Positions 12,034-22,437 of a DNA stretch of 64,000 nt are shown in pieces. The position numbers and the translations under genes are program-made. Source of the stretch: Geopsychrobacteraceae bacterium (GTDB taxonomy: Bacteria; Desulfobacterota; Desulfuromonadia; Desulfuromonadales; Geopsychrobacteraceae). The notes below the pieces were generated by a model that made no database searches, had not been told where the DNA came from, and worked only from the letters and a program-made list of their open reading frames with translations. The stretch spans positions 128,001-192,000 of the forward strand of contig OY759353.1 in assembly GCA_963662315.1 (NCBI GenBank). The letters are read 5' to 3'. The stretch's first letter is position 1; every line of letters begins with the position of its first letter.

Positions 12034-12804
12034 ATGGTTATTACGCCAATAACAAAATTGCATATCTGGCTACGGCTCCTGTTGCTTCAGTCCAGCTGGA
12101 ACTATGAAAGGCATCAGGGCCTGGGTTTTTTTTATGCATTGTTGCCTGGGCTTAAAAAATTATACAGCGGGCAGCAGTTGCTCGACGTATCTCGCCGTTA
12201 TGTTGGTTATTTCAATACTCATCCGTACCTGACTCCGTTAGTAGCAGGGGCGGTGTTAAGGCTTGAAGAAGAATTGGCAAAGGGGAATACCCCGCCGGTT
12301 GATGTTGATGATTTTAAAGAAATTGTCGCAGCGCCTTACGCGGCTATAGGTGATGCTTTGTTTTGGGGGGGGATGCGACCTCTGGCCGCTGGCATCGGAT
12401 TGTTCTTTGCTATAAAAGGGTTGCTGTGGACCCCTTTGGTATTTTTAGCCTTCTTCAATGTTGTGCCCCTCTGGTTTCGTGGTGTTTTTTTTCTGCGAGG
12501 TTATCGCCAGGGTTTGAAATCCGTTGAATTTATTCAGCAGAATCGCTTGCCCGATTGGGCGGTTCATACGAAAGAAACTGCGATTATCATTCTTGGTGGC
12601 CTGAGTGCTTTCATGGTTTTTGCTCACGTCAACCATCACGGTCTTACGGAATGGTTCGGTTTTTTTACGATCATTCCTGTGGCGGCGCTGAGCTACGTCG
12701 CTCGCAAAGGGATATCCGCTTCCTGGCTGATCTCGATTGTTACACTGGTGATTTTATTACTTGGATTATTTTGGGTCGATCTGACTCAATTGTTAAACGT
12801 TTAG
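12034..12804 (+). CDS. PTS mannose-family EIID
   Basis: SWNYERHQGLG, FNTHP, AAIGDALFW; ATG at 12034. Confidence 0.9.
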   Translation: MVITPITKLHIWLRLLLLQSSWNYERHQGLGFFYALLPGLKKLYSGQQLLDVSRRYVGYFNTHPYLTPLVAGAVLRLEEELAKGNTPPVDVDDFKEIVAAPYAAIGDALFWGGMRPLAAGIGLFFAIKGLLWTPLVFLAFFNVVPLWFRGVFFLRGYRQGLKSVEFIQQNRLPDWAVHTKETAIIILGGLSAFMVFAHVNHHGLTEWFGFFTIIPVAALSYVARKGISASWLISIVTLVILLLGLFWVDLTQLLNV

Positions 12805-12812
12805 AGGATAGA

Positions 12813-13079
12813 ATGCAAAGTCGGAACTTTACAATAAAGAACAGGCTCGGGTTGCATGCGAGGGCAGCGGCTCAGCTGGTGCAGACCGCAAATAAATTTA
12901 CTTCAGAAGTTGTCCTGAAAAAGGACGATGTTGAAGTTAACGGGAAAAGTATTATGGGAATTTTGCTCCTGGCTGCGCCGCAGGGAACTGATATCAGTGT
13001 TGATGTCAGTGGTGCAGATGAGGATTTGGCGATGATAACAATTGCGGATTTGATTGAGGACGGATTTGGGGAAGATTAA
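12813..13079 (+). CDS. ptsH: Phosphocarrier HPr
   Basis: GLHARAA (His15) and KSIMG (Ser46). Confidence 0.96.
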   Translation: MQSRNFTIKNRLGLHARAAAQLVQTANKFTSEVVLKKDDVEVNGKSIMGILLLAAPQGTDISVDVSGADEDLAMITIADLIEDGFGED

Positions 13080-14841
13080 GGTAGAACCGGATACATATCT
13101 CGTAGGTATCGGTGTTTCTCCGGGGATTGGTATTGGTGAGGTTTTTCTTCTCGACCAACGCCCGGTCGTAGATCATGAAACCATCGAAGCCGATGAGGTC
13201 GCTGCAGAACTGGAGCGTTTTCATCAGGCCGTTAAACTGGCAAAAGAACAGCTGCAGGCGATCAAGCAGACGGTCTCCAATCAGGACCATTTGCAGGAGC
13301 ACCTGTATATCCTCGATACCCACCTGCTGATTCTTGATGATGATATGCTCATCAAGGGAACGGAAAAAGCCATTCGGGATCAGCTCTGCGCGGTTTCCGC
13401 TTTGTCTTACATTTTAGAGAAACTGCGCAACCTGTTTAATGAAATTGAGGACGAGTATCTGCGTGAGCGTCGTTCTGATGTCGATGCTGTCGGTGAACGG
13501 CTGATCCGCATTCTGACCGGAGCCAGTGAGCGTTCAGTGACGATGGTTGAACACCAGTCAGTGATTGTCGCTCATGATTTGTCCCCTGCGGAAACCATGC
13601 AGCTTGACCGTTCGCAGATTCTCGGTTTTCTGACTAATAAGGGGGGGCGGACTTCTCACACAGCAATCCTGGCGCGTTCACTTGATATCCCTGCCGTCGT
13701 CGGGCTTGAAAACGTCACTCAGCTGGTCAATGATCGCATGTCGATCATTATTGATGGGTCCACCGGCGTAGTTGTCCTGAACCCGACGCATAATACTCTG
13801 GAGGAGTATCGCCAGCGTAAAAGGACCTATGAGCTTCTTGAACGGGATCTGGAGCGGTACCGTGACCTGCCGACACTGACAACCGATCGAATCCGAATAG
13901 CATTGCGTGGAAATATAGAGTTGCCATCCGAGCTGGAACTGGTCATAAAGCACGGTGCTGAAGGAATAGGCTTGTTCCGGACCGAATTTCTTTATTTGGG
14001 GCGTAGCACACCTCCTTCAGAAGAGGAACAATTCGAGGTTTACAGCAAGGTCATTAAAGCCTTCCCTCATCACCCGGTAACCCTGAGAACCCTTGATATC
14101 GGTGGCGATAAATTTGTTCCTGAGCTGAACTTGGCCGAAGAAGATAATCCCGCCATGGGGTTGCGCGCTATTCGCTTTTCGCTGCGCGAGCTGACCCTGT
14201 TCCGCCAGCAACTGCGGGCTATGCTCAGGGCTTCCTGTTTTGGGCAGTGTCGTATCATGTTTCCCATGATCAGCGGTGTAGCCGAAATTCGTGCCTGTAA
14301 ACGCGTGCTGCACGATGTTGCCGAAGAATTGGATCAGGAGGGGATCGCGTATCATTCTGATATCAAGATAGGTATCATGATTGAAACCCCGTCCGCAGTG
14401 TTGATCGCTCCACTGCTGGCCAAGGAAGTCGATTTCTTTTCCATTGGCACCAATGATCTGATTCAGTACTGTTTGGCGGTTGATCGTGGCAATGAGTATG
14501 TCGCCTATCTCTATGATCCTCTGCACCCTGCTGTGTTAAGGGCTCTGCAGCTGACCTGCGATGCGGCAAATAATGCCGGTATTGAGGTATCCATGTGTGG
14601 TGAAATGGCCGGAGATCCTCTTTATGCCATGGTGCTGGCGGGATTTGGTTTCCATGAATTATCGATGAATCCGGTCTGTGTGCCACGCGTTAAGAGAGTG
14701 ATGAGGCATATTTCAAAAAGCGATGGCAAACGTTTTATTGAAGGTCTGCTGACCTTGTCGACCTGTAAGGAAATTTCCGGAATGATTGATGATGAAATGC
14801 GCAAACGGCTCCCGGAAATTTTTGCTCAGCCGATCATCTGA
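13054..14841 (+). CDS. ptsI: PTS enzyme I (no GAF domain); start may be TTG 13066
   Basis: GGRTSHTAI, GLFRTEF, MIETP, SIGTNDL, CGEMA. Confidence 0.97.
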   Translation: MRTDLGKIKVEPDTYLVGIGVSPGIGIGEVFLLDQRPVVDHETIEADEVAAELERFHQAVKLAKEQLQAIKQTVSNQDHLQEHLYILDTHLLILDDDMLIKGTEKAIRDQLCAVSALSYILEKLRNLFNEIEDEYLRERRSDVDAVGERLIRILTGASERSVTMVEHQSVIVAHDLSPAETMQLDRSQILGFLTNKGGRTSHTAILARSLDIPAVVGLENVTQLVNDRMSIIIDGSTGVVVLNPTHNTLEEYRQRKRTYELLERDLERYRDLPTLTTDRIRIALRGNIELPSELELVIKHGAEGIGLFRTEFLYLGRSTPPSEEEQFEVYSKVIKAFPHHPVTLRTLDIGGDKFVPELNLAEEDNPAMGLRAIRFSLRELTLFRQQLRAMLRASCFGQCRIMFPMISGVAEIRACKRVLHDVAEELDQEGIAYHSDIKIGIMIETPSAVLIAPLLAKEVDFFSIGTNDLIQYCLAVDRGNEYVAYLYDPLHPAVLRALQLTCDAANNAGIEVSMCGEMAGDPLYAMVLAGFGFHELSMNPVCVPRVKRVMRHISKSDGKRFIEGLLTLSTCKEISGMIDDEMRKRLPEIFAQPII

Positions 14842-14902
14842 TGCCGCTTTGCCAGTTGGGGGTGTATGAGACCTGTTTTCGGATAGAAATCCGTAAAAGA
14901 GA

Positions 14903-14931
14903 TTGACTAGGTGCTGTTAGGCAAATAGAAT
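14903..14931 (+). promoter_or_regulatory. sigma70 promoter of metK
   Basis: TTGACT-N17-TAGAAT. Confidence 0.7.
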
Positions 14932-14978
14932 CACCCGTTTGTTAACGTTCAAATAACTCGTTATGGAGGACTTTTATC

Positions 14979-16148
14979 ATGGCCATGACCGATTTTTTAT
15001 TTACTTCTGAATCCGTAAGTGAGGGGCACCCTGATAAGGTTGCGGATCAGATTTCAGATGCCGTACTTGATGCGATTCTTGGACAGGATCCGACGGCACG
15101 TGTTGCCTGCGAGACCCTGGTAACCACCGGTATGGCCTTTATCGCCGGCGAGATTACTACCACCGCTTATGCTGATTTGCCGGCGATTGTACGTAACACC
15201 ATCAAGGATATCGGTTATTGTGATTCTGCTATGGGGTTTGATTACAATACATGCGCAGTTATGACCTCTATTGATCAGCAGTCTCCCGATATCTCCCAGG
15301 GGGTTACTGCCGGAGAGGGGATGTTTAAAGAACAAGGGGCCGGAGACCAGGGATTGATGTTTGGTTTCGCCTGTGATGAGACCCCTGAACTGATGCCGAT
15401 GCCGATCACTTTTGCACATCGTCTGACCAAGCGTCTGGCCGATGTGCGAAAAAGTGGCCAGCTGAGCTTTCTGCGCCCGGATAGCAAGTCGCAGGTCTCA
15501 ATCCAGTATATTGATGACAAGCCAACTCGTATTGATACGATAGTTATTTCTTCTCAGCATACGCCTGAAGTCAGTTATGACGTATTGAAAGAGGCCATTA
15601 TTGAAGAAGTTATCAAAGCGACCATGCCTGCTGAGTTGCTTGATGATAAAACCCGCTTCCTGATCAACCCAACGGGCCGTTTTGTTGTTGGTGGACCGAT
15701 GGGGGACTGTGGCTTGACCGGTCGGAAAATCATTGTTGATACCTACGGTGGACAAGGTTCTCATGGCGGTGGCGCATTCAGTGGTAAAGACCCCTCAAAA
15801 GTTGACCGTAGCGCTTCTTACATGGCTCGTTACGTAGCCAAAAACCTTGTTGCCGCAGGACTGGCTACCAAATGTGAGGTTCAGGTTGCCTATGCCATCG
15901 GCGTTGCCGATCCGGTTTCCATTATGATCAATACCTTCGGTACCGGTGTGATTCCATCCAACCGTATTGCTGAAATCGTACGTGAAGAGTTCGATATGCG
16001 GCCTTCCGCTATTATTGAGCAACTTGACCTGCTCAAGCCGATCTATCGTCAGACCGCAGCCTATGGCCATTTTGGTCGTGAATTGCCGGGCTTTACCTGG
16101 GAAGTGACCGATCGGGTTGATTCTCTGCGTGAAAGAGCTGGCCTTTAA
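14979..16148 (+). CDS. metK: S-adenosylmethionine synthetase
   Basis: [28 protein letters not shown]. Confidence 0.99.
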   Translation: MAMTDFLFTSESVSEGHPDKVADQISDAVLDAILGQDPTARVACETLVTTGMAFIAGEITTTAYADLPAIVRNTIKDIGYCDSAMGFDYNTCAVMTSIDQQSPDISQGVTAGEGMFKEQGAGDQGLMFGFACDETPELMPMPITFAHRLTKRLADVRKSGQLSFLRPDSKSQVSIQYIDDKPTRIDTIVISSQHTPEVSYDVLKEAIIEEVIKATMPAELLDDKTRFLINPTGRFVVGGPMGDCGLTGRKIIVDTYGGQGSHGGGAFSGKDPSKVDRSASYMARYVAKNLVAAGLATKCEVQVAYAIGVADPVSIMINTFGTGVIPSNRIAEIVREEFDMRPSAIIEQLDLLKPIYRQTAAYGHFGRELPGFTWEVTDRVDSLRERAGL

Positions 16149-16152
16149 AACG

Positions 16153-16190
16153 AAAACGCCGGGTTGCTTCTATAGCAACCCGGCGTTTTT
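16153..16190. terminator. Bidirectional intrinsic terminator between metK and aguB
   Basis: aaaacgccgggttgct / agcaacccggcgtttt with A and T tracts, between convergent genes. Confidence 0.9.
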
Positions 16191-16200
16191 ATTGCGTTGT

Positions 16201-17085
16201 TTAATCTCTAAATCGCTTAGTTATGTCTTGATAGGCATCAATGCGCCGATCTCTTAAAAACGGCCAGATGCGCCGCGTTTTTTCCGCCTGGCCTAAATTC
16301 AAAGTAAGCACAATTTCTGTTTCTTCACTTGAGCCTGCCTGGGCGAGTACCTCACCCTGTGGGTCGGCAATAAAACTGTTGCCCCAAAACTGAGCTCCGG
16401 CGGTCTGGTGGCTCGGGTCAGGTTCATAACCAACCCGGTTGATAGCAAGAACCGGGAGCCCGTTGGCGATGGCATGACTGCGCTGGATGGTGATCCAGGC
16501 GTCTTGCTGGCGTTGCTGCTCTTTCTGAGTATCCGCAGGATCAAAACCGATAGCCGTTGGATAGATAAGAATATCGGCACCGGCCAGGGCCATCAGTCGT
16601 GCTGCTTCCGGGTACCATTGATCCCAGCAGACCAGCACTCCCAGAGTGCCCAGCGAGGTTTTTACCGGCTCAAAACCAAGATCTCCTGGGGTGAAATAGA
16701 ACTTTTCATAATATCCGGGATCGTCCGGAATATGCATCTTCCGATAAATACCGGCAACCGAACCATCCTTTTCAAGCACAACTGCAGTATTGTGATAAAG
16801 ACCTGGAGCTCTTTTCTCAAACAGAGAGAGAATCAGCACGATCCCGAGTTCCCTGGCCAATTGACCAAACTGTTCTGTTGCCGGCCCTGGAATCGGTTCC
16901 GCCTGGTCACATAAATCAGGGTTCTCGGTCTGGCAGAAATAAAGGCCGCAGTGCAGTTCCTGCAGGGCGATCAGTTGTGCTCCGCGGGCGGCTGCACGTC
17001 TTATCGCGGCACAACTTTTTTCGATATTGGCAGCCCGATCGACGCTACAGCTCTGTTGCACAATACCTACGGTCAGTTCCTTCAT
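16201..17085 (-). CDS. aguB: N-carbamoylputrescine amidase (carbon-nitrogen hydrolase)
   Basis: LQEL, YRKMHIPDDPGYYEKFYF, VCWDQW triad; coupled to agmatine deiminase. Confidence 0.88.
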   Translation of the reverse strand: MKELTVGIVQQSCSVDRAANIEKSCAAIRRAAARGAQLIALQELHCGLYFCQTENPDLCDQAEPIPGPATEQFGQLARELGIVLILSLFEKRAPGLYHNTAVVLEKDGSVAGIYRKMHIPDDPGYYEKFYFTPGDLGFEPVKTSLGTLGVLVCWDQWYPEAARLMALAGADILIYPTAIGFDPADTQKEQQRQQDAWITIQRSHAIANGLPVLAINRVGYEPDPSHQTAGAQFWGNSFIADPQGEVLAQAGSSEETEIVLTLNLGQAEKTRRIWPFLRDRRIDAYQDITKRFRD

Positions 17086-18119
17086 GGTAAGACTCCTTGA
17101 GGGATTTGCATGGTGATGCAGTGGAGCGATCCATGCTGTTTGATCAAAGGGCGGCAGTCTATCCCTATGATTTTACGCTCTGGGTAGGCTGCCGCGATAG
17201 CGGCGAGAGCATTTTTATCGGCCGGGTCATTATAGGTGGGCACCAGAACCGCTCCGTTGGTCACCAGGTAGTTTGCATAGGTTGCCGGTAACCGGTCTTC
17301 ACCTTCAAAACAGGGCTGTGGCCATGGCAGGGGTAGCAACCTGTAGGGCTTCCCCTCTCGGTTTGTGAACGTCTGCAACTGCTTCTTCATACGCTGCAGG
17401 GCCGGATAATGCTCGTCCTCAGGAGTAGTACATTCAACATAGACAATGGTGTTGTTCGGGCACAATCGGGCCAGGGTGTCGATATGTGAGTCGGTATCAT
17501 CGCCAGCCAGATAGCCATGATCAAGCCACAGGATGTGATCACAACCCAAGTCACGGCGCAGAAGATCAGTAAGATCTTGCTGTGAAAGATGGGGATTGCG
17601 ATTAGGATTAAGTAGGCACTCACTGGTGGTTAACAAGGTCCCGTTCCCGTCACTTTCAATACTCCCTCCTTCAAGGATCAGGCCTTTTGTCTGCATTGGG
17701 GTTGTACCAAAGACGCCGGCAGCATGCAGTTTCTTGCTGATTTGATTATCATGATCTGCTGCAAATTTAAGCCCCCAGCCATTAAAGCCAAAGTCAAGCA
17801 GCGTCGGTTTTTGCTCTACCTCAATAGTTATAGGTCCAAAGTCCCGCGCCCAGGTGTCGTTGGTTGGGATATTGAAAAGATGAATGTTTTCAGTCCCAAT
17901 GGATGCGTCCGATAGCTTTTGTCTGACTTGTTCTGGTTCCGGTGTGACAATAATAACGCGGGTCCAGTTGACCAGCTCCCTGGTCAGTGCACAATAGGTA
18001 GCATCGACTTCGGGCAATAAATCGGCCCAGTCCGTAGCGCTGTGGGGCCAGGCCAGTATGACAGCGTCCTGTGGTTCCCATTCTGCAGGCAGACGAAGGG
18101 AGGAAGTTGTTTTTATCAT
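17082..18119 (-). CDS. aguA: Agmatine deiminase family protein
   Basis: PAEWEP, DTWARD, EGGSI, DTDSHID, HGSLHCIT. Confidence 0.9.
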   Translation of the reverse strand: MIKTTSSLRLPAEWEPQDAVILAWPHSATDWADLLPEVDATYCALTRELVNWTRVIIVTPEPEQVRQKLSDASIGTENIHLFNIPTNDTWARDFGPITIEVEQKPTLLDFGFNGWGLKFAADHDNQISKKLHAAGVFGTTPMQTKGLILEGGSIESDGNGTLLTTSECLLNPNRNPHLSQQDLTDLLRRDLGCDHILWLDHGYLAGDDTDSHIDTLARLCPNNTIVYVECTTPEDEHYPALQRMKKQLQTFTNREGKPYRLLPLPWPQPCFEGEDRLPATYANYLVTNGAVLVPTYNDPADKNALAAIAAAYPERKIIGIDCRPLIKQHGSLHCITMQIPQGVLP

Positions 18120-18175
18120 GATCAAAAATCCTTATAGCAGCTCATCTGGTGAACGTGTGGTTAAACAGTAACAGG

Positions 18176-18742
18176 TTATGGGAAAAGAGTGTGCTCAAGT
18201 AATATTTTGACGCCAATGCCGATCAGCAGTAACCCGCCGAACACCTCCACTCTGGTCCCCCATGCGGCACCAAGTCGGCGTCCTAGTAACATACCCGCCA
18301 GGGTCAGAACACAGGCTGTAAGTCCAATCACTATGGCTGGGGTCCAGATAACAATCCCCAGTAAGGCCAGACTCAGTCCGATAGCCAAAGCGTCAATGCT
18401 GGTGGCGATGCTTAACATGACCAGGGATATGCCGCGCGTGGGGTCTCCGCTCGCTTCATTGTTTTCATCATGTGTCAAGGCATCTTTCAACATTTTTGCT
18501 CCAACACAAAAAAGCAGGGTAAAGGCCACCCAGTGATCAAACGCTTCAATTTTCTCTCGCAGGCCGATTCCCGCAAGCCAGCCTAGAATTGGCATAAGGG
18601 CCTGAAACAGACCAAAGTGAAAACCAAAGCGAAACAGGTGCCTTCCGGTCAGTTTGGGTAGTGTAAGTCCTGCGGCTAATGCTACGGCAAACGCATCCAT
18701 CGCCAGTGCCACGGCTATGCCTGCAAGAGCTGTAAGGTCCAT
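18176..18742 (-). CDS. mntP: Manganese efflux pump MntP
   Basis: ALAMDAFAV and ATSIDALA motifs, multiple TM helices. Confidence 0.9.
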   Translation of the reverse strand: MDLTALAGIAVALAMDAFAVALAAGLTLPKLTGRHLFRFGFHFGLFQALMPILGWLAGIGLREKIEAFDHWVAFTLLFCVGAKMLKDALTHDENNEASGDPTRGISLVMLSIATSIDALAIGLSLALLGIVIWTPAIVIGLTACVLTLAGMLLGRRLGAAWGTRVEVFGGLLLIGIGVKILLEHTLFP

Positions 18743-18784
18743 ACTTAAGTCCTTTTAGTTTGCTGGCCTGTTTGGATCATAATT

Positions 18785-18814
18785 ATCCGTATCCGTATCC
18801 GTATCCGTATCCGT
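18785..18814. repeat. Hexanucleotide tandem repeat (ATCCGT)x5 in the mntP leader
   Basis: Five exact copies read directly. Confidence 0.95.
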
Positions 18815-19325
18815 TGCCAGCATGTTGCCGGATAATATCTGAAAAGTGGCATTATATAGCATGGGTAAACAGGTTTTGTCATCTGACCTAGAGTTTGTTT
18901 CGTAAATTTGTTCATGCAATTTTTTATGCTCACTTTTTTAACAAGCTCTGGCATATGAACGACTTTTTGCGGATGTGATCAGCTTCAATTGCTTTGAATT
19001 TGACACGACTTGGACTGTAGCAACATTGTTAGCAGGGATTGCCGCGATGTTACTCATTCTTCTGAGGGGGGACTGATCTTCAACCGCTTGAGGTGGGCTC
19101 CTAAGGTTGTGGTGAAAAAACAATAGACGAAGAAAAGCATCAAGGGGGGCAGTTTACCGGCGGTGTTTTTTGTCCTCAGCATCATCTTCAATTTATTCGT
19201 GAAGCGCTCGAGCGCCTGGATAGGCAGGGACTGGGGGGATGAGTAGCCATGGCATAACGGAAGAAGATGCTGCTATTGTCCTGGTTGCTGCGGTAGTTTT
19301 GCGATTTGCTGATTGTTAAAAATGG

Positions 19326-19372
19326 TACGGGCAAAGGAACTTGAAGCATGCTTTCAGTCCTCTTTGCCCGTA
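19326..19372 (-). terminator. Hairpin downstream of the cyclophilin gene
   Basis: tacgggcaaag...ctttgcccgta inverted repeat. Confidence 0.6.
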
Positions 19373-19382
19373 ACTCTGATAA

Positions 19383-19892
19383 TTACTCGTCGACGGTGAC
19401 CTTCTCGATCAGGATAAGCTCTTTCGGAACGTCCTGATGATGCATATGCATGCCAGTTGGAACTTTGGCAATCTCATCGACAATCTCCATTCCTTCAGTG
19501 ACCTGGCCAAACACAGCATAACCATATTGATTTGGACTGGTGCCCTGGTGATCAAGGAAGTTGTTGTCAACCAGGTTGATAAAGAATTGGCATGTTGCAC
19601 TGTCAACCACCTGGGTGCGTGCCATGGCAATCGAACCTCGAACGTTTTTTAGACCGTTAGATGCTTCATTTTTAATTTGGCCACTTGGTTTCTTTTGTGC
19701 CATCTCTGCGGTGAATCCACCCCCCTGGATCATAAAGTTGGGAATAACCCGGTGGAAGATAGTCTGCTCATAAAAACCGTCTCGTGCATAAGACAAAAAG
19801 TTCTCAGTGCTAATTGGGGCTTTTTCCGCATCAAGCTCAATAACAATGGTTCCTTTGTTGGTTTGCACGCGTACGGTTGGTTGGGTGCTCAT
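19383..19892 (-). CDS. ppiB: Cyclophilin-type peptidyl-prolyl isomerase
   Basis: FHRVIPNFMIQGGG, IAMART, QFFIN, YAVFG; ATG at 19892 with GGAG RBS. Confidence 0.92.
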   Translation of the reverse strand: MSTQPTVRVQTNKGTIVIELDAEKAPISTENFLSYARDGFYEQTIFHRVIPNFMIQGGGFTAEMAQKKPSGQIKNEASNGLKNVRGSIAMARTQVVDSATCQFFINLVDNNFLDHQGTSPNQYGYAVFGQVTEGMEIVDEIAKVPTGMHMHHQDVPKELILIEKVTVDE

Positions 19893-19966
19893 GTTAGACT
19901 CCTTATTATTTCTCAATGAAAGTAACGTCATTGACCATAATCAGCAGGTGATTAGGGCAGATAGCA

Positions 19967-19997
19967 AGTAGCCATCCAGAATTTCCGGATGGCTACT
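19967..19997 (-). terminator. Hairpin downstream of the GGDEF/EAL gene
   Basis: agtagccatcc...ggatggctact. Confidence 0.6.
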
Positions 19998-20031
19998 AGT
20001 TGCCTATAATGCCGTGATCCGGCTTTTAAAT

Positions 20032-22239
20032 TCAAGCGTCAAATGTGGAAAATGATGTGCCGTTCTGCAGCAGCCTGCTAAATTCATGCTCTGGTAACGG
20101 CTTGCTGAACAGGTAACCCTGATAGATAGTACACCCTTTTTCTTCCAGAAAATTCAGCTCATACTGGGTTTCGACACCTTCTGCGATAACCTTGAGGTCA
20201 AGGTGTTTTGCCATAGAGATGATGGTGTCGACAATTGCTGCGTCATTAACATCGTTTTCTATATCACGCACAAAGGACTGGTCGATCTTCAGAATATCGA
20301 GGGGCATTTTTTTTAGATAGGCCAAGGACGAATAGCCAGTTCCAAAGTCATCAATCGACAGCTCAATGCCAAGATCTTTCAGTCCCCGCATTTTTTCAAT
20401 GGTATCAACGATATTGTCAATCACCATGCCCTCGGTCAATTCCAGCCCCAGCTGGCCGGGGTCGGCGCCGGTATCACTCAGAATCTGTTTGACCTGGCTG
20501 ATGAAATTTGGCTGGCGGAATTGGCGTGGACTGACGTTGACGGCCAGATGATGTATGCTGTGACCCCTGTCGCTCCAAATCTTCAGCTGCTGACAGGCCG
20601 TTTTTAAAACCCATTCACCGATAGGCAGAATCAGTCCGGTGACCTCAGCTACCGGGATAAATACGGCAGGCGAGATGAATCCTTTTTCGGGATGATTCCA
20701 GCGGATCAGAGTCTCTGCGCCGACAATGTTGCCGTTACTGTTGACCTGCGGCTGGAAGAATAGGCTCAACTGGCCTCGTTCCAGTGCGTAGCGCAATTCT
20801 TTTTCAATCGCCAGCCGCGAATCGGCTGCCTGCTGCATACTTGGCAGGAAGAATCTGATGGTGTCGCGGCCATCCTCTTTAGCCCGGTACATTGCGGTAT
20901 CTGCGTAACGCAGAATATCTATTCCCGATTCTCCCTGTTGCGGTGTCATCTCTTCACACGGGAACATAGCGACACCAATGCTTGGTGATATGTGTAATTC
21001 GTGACCGGAAATTCTATAGACTTCCGCCAGGTTGGCTTTAATCTGCTCTGCCTTGCTTTGGGCCATGGCGATCGCGATGGATTCGTCATCTCCCAGATCG
21101 CTTAATAATACAACAAATTCATCACCACCGAGGCGCGAAACCGTATCCTCTGTTCTTAAACCAAGGTTCAGACGGCGGGCAACCTCTTTAAGCAGGGCAT
21201 CTCCGATGGGGTGTCCCAAAGAATCATTGATATTCTTGAAACGATCCAGGTCCAGATAAAGCATGGCGCCGAAGTGACCGTAGCGCCGGACCCGGCTGAT
21301 AATCTGTTCCAGACGATTCAGCAGTAGTCTACGGTTAGGAAGATCCGTAAGCGCATCGTAGTAGGCCAGATATTCAATTTGTTCTTCAGCCTGTTTGCGC
21401 TCTGTAACGTCGCGCAATGTGCCACAGATTATATTTGCTCCCTTTACCAGTTCCTGCTGGAAGGTGGCATTAAGTGAACAGGGGATGCGGTGACCATTTT
21501 TGTCGTTCAGCTCTATTTCAAAATCAGTCAGCCGATCCTCCGCCCGTAACCGGCGGAACAGATACTCTCTTTGCAGGCTGTCTGGAAACAGGCTGCTGAT
21601 ATTTTTATTCAGAATGTCAAGGCGATTGTAGGACGATATTTTGGATATGGATGGACTTATTTCAAGTATTTTCCCTTCCATATCGATTTCAAGATAAACG
21701 TCCTGGAGGTTTTCAAATATAGAGCGGTATTTCTCTTCGCTGAGTTTGAGGTTGAGGTGCGACTGATTAAGATCTTTAACCGCTTTTTGCAGGGCCTCGG
21801 TCCGTTTGGTGACTTCCTCCTCGAGGTTCTCCTGGTATATACGGTTTTCTACGATCAGGCGAGACCGTTCAATGGCTTGATTAATGGCATGGAGCAGTAC
21901 CGACATGTCCTGAATCGGCTTAAGCAGATAGTTCCAAGCTCCTTTATGAATCGCTTCAATCGCATCGCCGATAATACCAGTACCGGAGACAACGACGATG
22001 GGAGTGTCTGGTGAAGCATTTTTAATATGTTCAAGAACTTCGAGACCGTCAACTTCCGGCATCCGCAAGTCACAAAGGACTAGATCTGGTTTCTCTCGAT
22101 GGAAAATTTCCAGCCCGTCACGACCGTTTTCAGCTTCGAGAACCTGAAAGTCGAAATCTTCTAAAAACAGCCGGAAGCTGTCTCGGATATCCTCTTCGTC
22201 ATCAATGGTCAGGATAACCGGGCTTTTGCGAGGTTCCAT
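20032..22239 (-). CDS. REC-PAS-GGDEF-EAL c-di-GMP enzyme
   Basis: IDDE/CDLRMP receiver; PAS; RTED...GGDEF; ETLIR and DDFGTGYSS. Confidence 0.95.
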   Translation of the reverse strand: MEPRKSPVILTIDDEEDIRDSFRLFLEDFDFQVLEAENGRDGLEIFHREKPDLVLCDLRMPEVDGLEVLEHIKNASPDTPIVVVSGTGIIGDAIEAIHKGAWNYLLKPIQDMSVLLHAINQAIERSRLIVENRIYQENLEEEVTKRTEALQKAVKDLNQSHLNLKLSEEKYRSIFENLQDVYLEIDMEGKILEISPSISKISSYNRLDILNKNISSLFPDSLQREYLFRRLRAEDRLTDFEIELNDKNGHRIPCSLNATFQQELVKGANIICGTLRDVTERKQAEEQIEYLAYYDALTDLPNRRLLLNRLEQIISRVRRYGHFGAMLYLDLDRFKNINDSLGHPIGDALLKEVARRLNLGLRTEDTVSRLGGDEFVVLLSDLGDDESIAIAMAQSKAEQIKANLAEVYRISGHELHISPSIGVAMFPCEEMTPQQGESGIDILRYADTAMYRAKEDGRDTIRFFLPSMQQAADSRLAIEKELRYALERGQLSLFFQPQVNSNGNIVGAETLIRWNHPEKGFISPAVFIPVAEVTGLILPIGEWVLKTACQQLKIWSDRGHSIHHLAVNVSPRQFRQPNFISQVKQILSDTGADPGQLGLELTEGMVIDNIVDTIEKMRGLKDLGIELSIDDFGTGYSSLAYLKKMPLDILKIDQSFVRDIENDVNDAAIVDTIISMAKHLDLKVIAEGVETQYELNFLEEKGCTIYQGYLFSKPLPEHEFSRLLQNGTSFSTFDA

Positions 22240-22437
22240 GAATAATAGCCTTTGCCACCACCGAGAGGTGCGTGACCTGGTTGTATGAGTTAAGTCAAAG
22301 GCTGTCGCGGTCCTAAACCGTTAAGCCTCTATCGACGCATATATGTCTAATTTTGTAGTTTTTCTCATGATATTATGCAGATAGAAACCTTATTAGTCAA
22401 ATTTAATTTCTTCAGGGCGATGGTTTTTTTAAGCATA

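Noticed and set aside
14842..14978. SAM riboswitch before metK
   Set aside because: The predicted promoter leaves only a short leader and no SAM-I consensus is seen
18785..18814. CRISPR array
   Set aside because: Simple 6-mer tandem repeat without spacers; no cas genes in the window
18743..18900. yybP-ykoY manganese riboswitch upstream of mntP
   Set aside because: Consensus elements not found by eye on the coding strand
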